From NCBI GenBank assembly GCA_903855135.1, contig CAINYB010000001.1:2740-66739 (forward strand): a DNA stretch of 64,000 nucleotides, in the 5' to 3' direction. Below the pieces are notes generated by a model that was given only the letters and a program-made list of their open reading frames with translations, was not told where the DNA came from and searched no databases. Both the position numbers and the translations under genes were made by a program. Below, piece by piece: positions 38,209-48,100 of this stretch; position 1 is the first letter of the stretch, and each line of letters starts with the position of its first letter. The DNA is from an uncultured bacterium. Lineage in GTDB: Bacteria > Patescibacteriota > Patescibacteriia > UBA1558 > GWA2-36-10.

Positions 38209-39456
38209 TTAAGGCCACAAAGCTTTAAACCAACCGCGAATTTTTTCAGTTGTTTCTCTGATAGAAGACAAATTAGGCATAATTGGTCGATTTATACTAT
38301 TATTATGATAAGCCCAAATAACCAAACCTAAGGCCGTAGTAAATTCTGGATCATTTAGTTTATCAATAGCAAGAGTTTTATCAGTAGGTAAACCTAAAAA
38401 AACTGGCAATTTAAAAACTTGTTTAGCTAAATCTGTAACTTGAGGCAATTTAGCTCCTCCGCCAGTCAAAATAATACCTGCAGGCAGTTTACCATTTTTA
38501 GAAACTTTCTTCAATTCTGCATCTGCCATCTTAAAAATCTCTTCCATGCGCGCCTCAGCTATACCAGCAATGTCTTTTTTATAGACATAACTGCCCTTTT
38601 TCTCTTCTTCTGAATATTTATGTAAATCTACTTCGTCTCTTTTAGAAACATCATCAGCTAAGGCCATGGCTTGATCAAGCTTAACCATCTCAGCGGTAGC
38701 AACTGAGGTACGTAAACCGATCGCTAAATCATTAGTCACATGTCCAGCACCAACTGGCAAAACAGCCGTGTGTAACACGTCACCGTTTTCAAAGACCGCT
38801 AAAGAAGTGGTCGAGTTACCAATATTTAAAACTGCCACACCTAATTCTTTTTGCTTATTAGTCAAAACAGCTTCTGAAGTAGCAAGAATTGAAAAAACTA
38901 AATCCTCAATATCAATACCAGTACGATAAATACATTTAGTTAAATTTTTTATTTGTGCTGACAAACCCATGATAATTTGCGTTTCCACTTCTAGCCTGAC
39001 ACCGGACATACCGACTGGATCTTTCAAATCACGCTGATCATCTAGATGATAATTAGTCGGTAAAACATGCAAAATTTCATAGTTTGGCGGTGTAGCAATA
39101 GCTTGAGCGGTCTCTAGTGCGCGCTCAATATCTGATTCTTCCACCTGTGAATTAGCCTTAGCTACCGCAATTACGCCCTTACTATTTAAAGTCTTGATAT
39201 GCACGCCCGAAATACCCACTACCATTTTATCAATATTAATACCGGTCATGCGCTCACATTTTTCTACAGTGGCGGAAATACTAGAAACAGCATCTTCTAT
39301 GGAAACGATACTACCGCGACTAATACCTTCAGCTGGATTTTCTGCTGCACCGATAATACGAAAATCGCCATCAGGCGAAACTTGCCCCATGACAATCCTG
39401 ACACTACTAGTGCCAATATCTAAACCAGTAATAATACCCTTGTTATTATTAACCAT
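38209..39456 (-). CDS. ftsA: cell division protein FtsA
   Basis: Actin-like ATPase motifs. Confidence 0.9.
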   Translation of the reverse strand: MVNNNKGIITGLDIGTSSVRIVMGQVSPDGDFRIIGAAENPAEGISRGSIVSIEDAVSSISATVEKCERMTGINIDKMVVGISGVHIKTLNSKGVIAVAKANSQVEESDIERALETAQAIATPPNYEILHVLPTNYHLDDQRDLKDPVGMSGVRLEVETQIIMGLSAQIKNLTKCIYRTGIDIEDLVFSILATSEAVLTNKQKELGVAVLNIGNSTTSLAVFENGDVLHTAVLPVGAGHVTNDLAIGLRTSVATAEMVKLDQAMALADDVSKRDEVDLHKYSEEEKKGSYVYKKDIAGIAEARMEEIFKMADAELKKVSKNGKLPAGIILTGGGAKLPQVTDLAKQVFKLPVFLGLPTDKTLAIDKLNDPEFTTALGLVIWAYHNNSINRPIMPNLSSIRETTEKIRGWFKALWP

Positions 39457-39545
39457 GAAAAAACCTTAAAAAAATATTTTTCGCTCTTATATTATAACTA
39501 AATTTTAGCTTTTTGCCAAACCTAGCCCAACGCCACGAGGCGAGC

Positions 39546-39896
39546 TTAAAATAAATATGGCCAAAAAATCACCACACCAACTACAGCTGCTAACGCAGCT
39601 GCTATCAATACAGCCGCGGCTAATAAGTCTTTGATTTCTTTAGCAAAATGATGTGTGCTGGGTGACAGCATATCAACTAATCTTTCTAAGCTAGAATTAA
39701 AAATCTCCAAAATCAACACCAAGGCAATGACTATTAATAAAATCAAATAATCAAAACCTTGTATTCCTATGTAAGCGGCCAACATAATCACTAACAATCC
39801 AATAATGGAATGAATACGAAAATTTTTTTCTGTTTGCCAAACTTTTTTTAAACCTTTAAAAGCGAAATGGAAACTTTTTAATAAACGTTTAGTCAT
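39546..39896 (-). CDS. dgkA: diacylglycerol/undecaprenol kinase DgkA family
   Basis: SFxxAxxG...E.NFRIH motif and 3 TM helices. Confidence 0.75.
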   Translation of the reverse strand: MTKRLLKSFHFAFKGLKKVWQTEKNFRIHSIIGLLVIMLAAYIGIQGFDYLILLIVIALVLILEIFNSSLERLVDMLSPSTHHFAKEIKDLLAAAVLIAAALAAVVGVVIFWPYLF

Positions 39897-40314
39897 TTTT
39901 TATTTGTTTTAAAATTTTATTTTGCATTTGTTCTTGCTTATTATATTCTACCTCACTCTTTTCATGATCAAAACCCAACAAATGCAGGATGCCATGGGTA
40001 GTTAATAATTTTAACTCGGCACTTAAAGACTTTTTATTAGCCTCTGCTTGGCGTTTGGCTACTGGTAAACAAATCACCACTTCACCTAAAATAGCAGTGG
40101 AATCAAGATTAAAAGACAAGACATCAGTTACTTTATTTTTATGACGATAAACTCTATTTAAATTTTTTATTTCTAATTCCGAAACCAGAGCTAAAGAAAT
40201 AGCTTGTTTTAATTTAAATTTTTTAGCAATAATAGCTTCTAATTTTTTGAGCCAAGAAAAATTAGCTTTTTGTCCTCGCTTATTTAAATAGATAGCGAAA
40301 TTATTATTTGACAT
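39889..40314 (-). CDS. ybeY: rRNA maturation endoribonuclease YbeY
   Basis: HGxLHLxGxDH motif. Confidence 0.9.
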   Translation of the reverse strand: MSNNNFAIYLNKRGQKANFSWLKKLEAIIAKKFKLKQAISLALVSELEIKNLNRVYRHKNKVTDVLSFNLDSTAILGEVVICLPVAKRQAEANKKSLSAELKLLTTHGILHLLGFDHEKSEVEYNKQEQMQNKILKQIKND

Positions 40315-41366
40315 TATTTTAACAAACTAAAACTATTTAGCATCATTAAATAAGTATTAGCAAAATATGGCTTTGATTCTGTTTCTATGTGATAAGTAAA
40401 TTTAATAAAATAATTATTTACTTTAGCAAATACCGTATAAGCATCAGCTATTTTGCTTTGTAGAGCACTAATCTTTGCTTCTTTACCTAAAGTCAAAGAC
40501 GAAAGAGTAGCACCGTCAGCCTTACTTTGAGCCCAGGCTTGCAAAGTTTGATTTGCTACCACCGCTTCAGCACTAATGCTCATAAAATCACCAGTACCAG
40601 AATCAGGAGTAAACATAATCTCTAAATCATTACCCTCTATTGCTTGGCTGAGCCAATTTTTTGGCTTTAATAAAAGATACTTGACAGTTTGATTACTAAA
40701 TTGAGTAATCAAACTAGAATGCACTAAGGCTTGATTTGATAAAAGTGGATTATATAAATTCATCACTTCCACGCCATCTTTATAACCATCGTTATCAGTA
40801 TCTTCATCGTTATTATTAGTGCCAAAAATTAACTCTTCCTCAACGCTTAAATCATCACTGTCTTGATCAAAATTATTACTTGTCGGTGGTGGTGGCGGCG
40901 GTGGTGGAGTCACTTGTCCATTATTAGCTGGCTCATTGTTATTGCCTTGATTAACTGGCGTGGTGCTAGTGGTGGTTGTGGCCACAACTTCTGGAACTGA
41001 TTGCTCCTCTTCTTTTGGCGGCTCTACAATATTTTGATTATTAGCTTGATTTTGTGTATTATTTTGATCAGTTTTTGCTTGATTATTAGAAACTGATAAA
41101 TTCGCAAATAAAAGCATTGAGCCTACTACAATCAATAAAAAAACCACAAAAGCGATGCTACCCAAAATAATCTTTTGTTTATTGCTTAATTGTTTTTTTG
41201 GAGAAGTCGGTAAAAATTTTTGTGGCATAACATGAATAGCGTCTTGACTAATTACTATTTCTTTTTCTTTACCTATTTCTTGATTAACAATCGTATTAAT
41301 CTCGTTCGACATTTTTTGATTGTCGATTTGAGTTTGATCTTGAAAATTGTCTTGTTCGTTAGGCAT
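40314..41366 (-). CDS. single-pass membrane protein: N-in, N/Q/T-rich linker, poly-Pro, thrombospondin-type-3-like DxDxDG calcium-binding repeat, plus a ~150 aa C-terminal domain
   Basis: PPPPPPPP is encoded by the (GGT/GGC)n tract at 40885-40909. DEDTDNDGYKDGVEVMNLYNPL is homologous to the C-terminus of the next gene. Confidence 0.55.
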   Translation of the reverse strand: MPNEQDNFQDQTQIDNQKMSNEINTIVNQEIGKEKEIVISQDAIHVMPQKFLPTSPKKQLSNKQKIILGSIAFVVFLLIVVGSMLLFANLSVSNNQAKTDQNNTQNQANNQNIVEPPKEEEQSVPEVVATTTTSTTPVNQGNNNEPANNGQVTPPPPPPPPTSNNFDQDSDDLSVEEELIFGTNNNDEDTDNDGYKDGVEVMNLYNPLLSNQALVHSSLITQFSNQTVKYLLLKPKNWLSQAIEGNDLEIMFTPDSGTGDFMSISAEAVVANQTLQAWAQSKADGATLSSLTLGKEAKISALQSKIADAYTVFAKVNNYFIKFTYHIETESKPYFANTYLMMLNSFSLLK

Positions 41367-41374
41367 ATTTTATT

Positions 41375-42106
41375 TTATTTTGCTAATAAACCATCCCCAT
41401 TGGGATTATATCCATTTTGTACCTCTACCCCATCCAAATAAGTATCATTATCCGTATCTGGATCCAAAGCATTTGTCTGGTGAGTAAAAATCTCCACTTT
41501 ATCATATAAACCGTCATTATCCGTATCTGGATTTACTGGTGATGTTCTATGAATTCTCACTTCATCTTTATCTGATAAACCATCGTCGTCGGTATCTGCT
41601 AGTCTTGGATCAGAACCAAGTCCAGTTTCCTCTGCATTACTCAAACCATCAGAATCATCATCTAAAATCACTTCTGGCTGATTTTGAGTATTATTATTTG
41701 TAGGATTATTTTCAGCTGGCTGATTTTGAGTATTATTATTTGTAGGATTGTCAGTATTTTCAGTACTTTTTTTCGAGACAAAAAAAGAATATGCGCCCCA
41801 GATAACTAGAGTAAGTAATATCAAACCAGATAAAGCAACGAAAACTTTCTTCATAATCGCACTCTGACTATGCTCATCTTCCATCAAAATGGGATTGGGT
41901 ATATTAGGATTTGTAGGCATCGGCGGTAAATTCATAGGACTTGGTTTTACTTGCAATTTAGCAGCTGAAATAGCACTTGGTTTTTCTACAGCACCAAACA
42001 TATCATCTACCGCCGACACTGGTGCTGGCGATGGACTCGCAGTCGTAGGTTGCGAAGAAAAATCTTGACTAGGCGTAGCATCGCCTTTTTTTACATCATC
42101 AAACAT
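41375..42106 (-). CDS. single-pass membrane protein with three TSP3-like calcium-binding repeats, ending ...YNPNGDG; paralog of the upstream gene
   Basis: DSDGLSNAEE...DTDDDGLSDKDE...DTDNDGLYDKVE...DTDNDTYLDGVE, and a 42-bp tandem duplication at 41676-41759. Confidence 0.6.
   Translation of the reverse strand: MFDDVKKGDATPSQDFSSQPTTASPSPAPVSAVDDMFGAVEKPSAISAAKLQVKPSPMNLPPMPTNPNIPNPILMEDEHSQSAIMKKVFVALSGLILLTLVIWGAYSFFVSKKSTENTDNPTNNNTQNQPAENNPTNNNTQNQPEVILDDDSDGLSNAEETGLGSDPRLADTDDDGLSDKDEVRIHRTSPVNPDTDNDGLYDKVEIFTHQTNALDPDTDNDTYLDGVEVQNGYNPNGDGLLAK
41676..41759 (-). repeat. 2 x 42-bp tandem repeat (ggctgattttgagtattattatttgtaggatt...) encoding NPTNNNTQNQP(A/E)x2
   Basis: Seen directly in the sequence. 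Confidence 0.8.
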
Positions 42107-42118
42107 AGCTCAAATAAT

Positions 42119-45100
42119 TTAATTTTGATTATTATTGTTGTTCATTGGCTGCTGCCAGAGACAAAGTAAAGGAAGGGTGTGATCGCACCGTGGCCATGTA
42201 TTTTCATTCATAGATAAAAATGATCCTCCACTCCAAGTTATGTCAGGATTAGAATTAGGATTAGGACTAATCTTACTGGTCTCACCTAAACGACCCCGGT
42301 TCACACAATCATTTATATATCTAATGTTTTCAAAACTATTCGTATAATCATGACAAAAATTCTCCTCAGAATCCATGTTGCAAATTTCACCACTCATAGC
42401 AATACCAGGATAATAAATGCTTCCATCATATTTGGTACCACTCCAAAAAATGCAACCTTGCGCTGTGCAATCATTTATTGGATTATTCATGGCAGTTTGC
42501 TCACCATTTTCAAGTCTATTAATCGCATTATCTAATGTCGTATCTGTTAAATCCGTCCAATCATCGGCTATCACAGTGCCATTAGTCATCTTATACTCTA
42601 AAGAATTATGTGCTAATCTACTGCCAGCCGAAGTATCAAAGTCAGATAGCCAAGCTTTCCAAATACCTTCTCTAGCTAGGCTATTCTGTGAATCTGCATG
42701 CCATTGACATAAATAATCAGCTGCTGCCAAACCATCAGAGCCACTATAGCCCTTATTTGTTGCTGCGCCCAACAAATTACCATTATATGCAGTGGAAGTC
42801 AGAAATATTGTGGCCCCATCTGACTCGGCTATTTCAGAACAATTACTTTGATTAAAATTACAAGACGCATTACAACTTAAACTACCTTGATCCCAACCAA
42901 AATCTTGGCAAGTTTGGTTGTTTAAATTTGAACCATCGCATTGCTCTGGAGGGTTAATCACCCCATTACCACAGTTGGGTGGTGGTGGTGGCAGTGACTC
43001 TTCATCAGAACAATCGCTAAGATCGAAATTACATTGATTACAACTTAAATTACCATAATCATAATCAAAAGCAGTGCAATCTTTACCCGCTAAGTTAGTA
43101 GTATCACATTCCTCACTGGGATTTATCACTCCATCACCACAACTAGCTGGGCTGGCCACACTGCCATCGCTGCAAACTGGCGTACAAGTATTACAAGTGG
43201 CTGTCTGACCATCCAAACACGAGTACTCCTCTACAACCGTGTTGTTTCCCTCACATGTTTCATAAGGGTCATCTAAAATATGATCACCGCAATAGCCACC
43301 ACACATAGCCTCGGTCAAAATCGGCCATGGCTCATACCAAGTACATTCTATGGAGTTACCATCTGCATCCAAAGAGCCGGCTGGGTAACAGCCACCTAAA
43401 TGCTCATTCCACCAATCCTGGTTATTATCAGGCTCTGGAGTTGTATCACATAAATTTTGGAAACCACCATCGCACTCTTCTGCACCATCAACAACGCCAT
43501 TACCACAACCCAAACTACCCTGTGGTAAACCATTAAAAGAAGCGTTGCATTGTGGATTATTTAAATGAATATGTTCATCTAAGTCTGGAATAGTATAATT
43601 ATTAGGATAGACAAATTCAAAGTTAGCATCTAAAGAATAATTATAACCACCCTCATTTTTATAAAAATAAATACTCGAATTTAAAGGACAGGTGAATCTA
43701 TTGATTTCATCATTCCAACAAGTTTCTTCATCAAAACCATCTGGGCAAGCACTAAAGCGATTCAATGGGTCTACTGGCAATGACATACCTAAAACGTTAG
43801 AAAATTCTTGTTGCCAAGATGGCCAAGGGCTAACTGCTATGTGAGGTACATAAGTACCGGCATTCAATAATGGATAATAAGGCACACAATCACCCCCACT
43901 TGGACACTGACTATCTTGCGTGCAACTAATATTAGCATTATTATTACAGAATTTATAATTATTACTATAGGCTTTTAATTTATTTTGAATACTTAATAAA
44001 TCACCTAAGCGCTGATTATCGCGACGTAATTTATCACCATCAGCGTCACAATTTCCTTGATTTGGGCAATCAAATTTACTAGAACAACTAATACTAGCAT
44101 CGCTACTACAAACTCCCATATTAGAAACATTTGTACTCAAATGTAAATTAGACAACATTTGACTGACAATATCGGCTGTGGACTCTCTTGCTCCAATGCT
44201 ATAAGAAATCATGTAAATATTACTATATACACTACCACCATTTACATCCACCACATTCAAGGCGTTAATATAGATAGTATTACCAACTTTAAGTGCTGGG
44301 TAGCCATCTATCACTTGCGCTTGGCCTGCTATTTCTGGATTTGGTGCATATTTTGTATACCAGTCACTCAAGGCTAAATGTTCTTCATTTTTCATCACTC
44401 GAACGCCTATTACATCCAAAGAAGAAGCTTTAGCAGTGACCGCAATTTCATTAGTCGCCGCTGATTCTCCACCCATGTTATAAGCTGTCACACGATAGCT
44501 ATAGACTTCGTTATTTATAACATTGTTATCCGTAAAATTAATTGGATTTTGATTACCGCTATCAACAGTTGCTATTTTATACCAATCAACTGTGCTCGAT
44601 TTACGATAAATATTAAAACCATCTTCGTTAGTAGCATTATCTGTCCAAGCTAATTTTACGCCATCAGCACTATTATCAGCTAAAAGTAAACTAGTAGGCG
44701 CACTTGGGATAGCAATTGCAGCTAAAACAGTATTTTTAACTTTAGCAAATAAATTTTGCCACCAATAATTTTTTGTATTTTCCTCACTTTTTGCAATAAC
44801 TGTTTGTTTAGGATCAACGATAAAAATAAATTCTCTTAAAGTTTGACCATTAGGTGGCAAAATATTTGGGGAACCTAAATATGGTAATAAGGGCTCATTC
44901 ACTCGACCAGAATCTTGACAATAATAGGTACTAAAATTATACAAATCATTAAAATCATAAGGAAAATTACTAGCTTGTCTTGGCCACGGATGTTCGCATA
45001 AAAACAAATCTACTTGTGCACTACCCAGTGCGCTACCAGCTAGCTCATCGCTAACTTCAACTATTAAGTTAGTTTGACCATTTTTATTTAGCGCTGTAGC

Positions 45101-48100
45101 TAAAATAGTTTGCTGGTTATCACTTTCTAAGTCTAAAAAGTCATTGTTTTCCTGCCAAGCATAATCAGTCATCACCAATGGTGATCCACTAGGATCATAA
45201 GCTATCGCTGTATAACTATGTTGATTGCCACTCAAAGCATCAGCCACATCACCCAGACAATTACTTCTACTACAACTAAATAAATCTGGATTAGGAGCAA
45301 CAGTGACAAAACTCACGCGACACATTTGATTATTTGTCTCAAAAAGCCAAATGTAAGCGTCCATACTACCATTATCATCGCTATCAAAATTTAATTGTTC
45401 AGTAACCAAATTAACACCCATATTACTTTTTACTCTTCCAGAGACTAAAGATAAATACTCAGTACTAGCTTGTAATGGTGAAACTGGATATAAAAACGCT
45501 TTGCTTTTGTCACTATTATTAGTAAAGACAAAATTTGTTTCCACCGGGCAATACCACTGGAAATCTTTCTTGACACAATAACCAGGTAATTCTTCACTGG
45601 CAGATTTTTTATATAAACGCATACCTGCTTCTAGGCTAGCACGATCCATCAAAGTATTAAATTGCACTTCTATGGCTGAATTTAAACAAGCTGGAGTTTG
45701 CGGTTTTGGGGTTGGGACTATTTTTGGAGCTGTATAAACTAAAGTATCTCCAAAATCTACTTCTAATATTGCCTGATCTTCTAATGTATAACTAGACAAA
45801 GAGGCATTAACACGCGTCATACCTTCTGCTTGTGGCCTAATGTCAGCACGATAAATATTTGATGGTATTAAATCAGCTATCCCAGCAGGATTCAAACTCC
45901 AATTATATGGGCTATACGACATTGGGTTTAAAATTTGACCATGAGGGTCACAGGCGTTAGCTGTGCTATATGGAAAAGCTGAATAATTAATCATCGAATC
46001 ATCAGTGGCTAAATAATAGCTTGGGTCAATCTCCAAAGACGTAGGCGTACAAGCCCCATCTTTATTGGTTTGAAAACTCCAGCTAAAAGGTGCGCTGATT
46101 TTATAACCAGCAATATTTTTTAACTCTTGTTTTAACTCTACTTTATAATATGTTTCAGGAATAAAATCACTATGCAAAATAGCGACTCTACGACCATCTA
46201 CCGAAACATCAAAACTAGTAACTAAATTAGCACCAGTAAGTAAAGCACAAGTTGAATCTGTACATTTTTTTATAACAATATTATCATACAAATTACTTTC
46301 TGAAATAGCTGTATTAAAATCTACCCAAACTAAAGCATTTGTACAGGAGCTATTACAATTTGGACCATAATCAACAACTTCTAAGACAGCATCTTTTATC
46401 TTTGGATAAGCATAAGACATAAGGCCGTTTAATTGAGCTTTGACTGTAACTGTAGCTGGTGTACTATTTTCTGTCACCTGTGTGCCCTCAACTTTTACTT
46501 TAGCAATATTAGTATTCTGGGTTCTGAACCAGCCAATATTTGCCTTATCGGCGTTTGAGCCCTCTAAAGACCAAGCCGACCAATTATAATTACTACCACA
46601 AATATTACAATTTCCCCCAATTGGGCTAGCACTAAACTCTCTTTCATGACCAACATAAATATCTGCACTCGGACTATCAGTCGGAGTCACTGCTATGCTG
46701 ACGACTTGGCAAAGATTTTCTTGTGCTCTAAAATGCCAATCATAAGTAGCACCAGACCAAGTCTCACTACCACTAGCTTTATTAAACTCTCCTAAAGCTA
46801 CTTTATACCAACGATTAGGTGTTAAATTTATTCCGGGATTTAAAACAAAACCTTCTTGATTACTATTATGATTAATAATCGTGAGATTAACTGCTATATT
46901 TTCCACACAATCCGCCGAATTAAAAGCACCGCCAGTATTACAAGCAAATAATTTCAAATTACTAGTAGTATTAAAATCTGCATCTTCAACATCAGCGTTA
47001 AACATACCCGTGATATTTGTATCTAAATAAGCGTCGGTTGCGCCTGGCCAAGGAGAAGGTGAAGAAAGATTATGAACAGCTGGATCACAAGCAAGCTCTT
47101 GCAAAGAAAATGGATCAGCAGCAGTGGTGATTGTCCAAGAATAGCTACAAGACAAATCTGCTGGGCAATGACCAAGTGGCGCGCAATAGTTACCAGTTGC
47201 TTCTTGACAACATTCATTACCAGACACACATTGAGTGTTATTAGTGCAAGTTGCCACTGAAAAATTCAAGCCATTGCTGTCTTGAGCACCAACTCTAACT
47301 TTAGTAGGACCAGTCACCGCTCCATTAGGTACCCTGACATTAATCAATTGATCACTCCAAGAATTAATCTCGCTTGAGACTCCACTACTAAAATATACAT
47401 GATCGCTAACATTACCAAAATTATCACCATATAAAGTGACATCAAAAACACCATTGGCTGGACCATTATTTGGGTCCATAAAACACAAGCCTGGACCAGG
47501 AGCACCAATGCTCATATTAAAATTATAGGCATTACTTTGCTCTGAGTCTGAACTACGTATAACTTTGATTTGATAAGGGCCCGATGCCAAATTAGGAGCT
47601 TTGACAACGATGCTATCATTGCGCCAATAATTAGCTAAACATTGAGCTGGAAAATCAAAATCACCCAAGTCAAAAGTACCATCTGGTTTAATGAACCTTA
47701 CGCTACCAGCAATATTACCAAAATTACTACCTATAATAGTTAAATATTGCCCAGCTGGTGCATTATCTGGGTTTATTGAATTGATAATCGGTGCGCCGCC
47801 ACCGGCTACCTCAACACTAAATGGTAGCTCATTACTACTTTTATCAGCAGTATTCTTGAACCAAACACTAAGCTCACCAGCAGATAAATTCGGAACTACT
47901 AAATTAGCTTTTTGAGGATTATCATAAGAAAATGTTCCATTTACTCCGCCAAAAAAGGCACTATCTGTATTATTAAAATTAAAACCATGAGCAACAACTG
48001 CTTCACCAAAACTACCAGAAGTTGGCTCTAATTTACACAAACTAGGTGCTTCTTCGCCAGAATCATTAAAAATCTTAGAATTACTCTCTCTTTCATCTAC

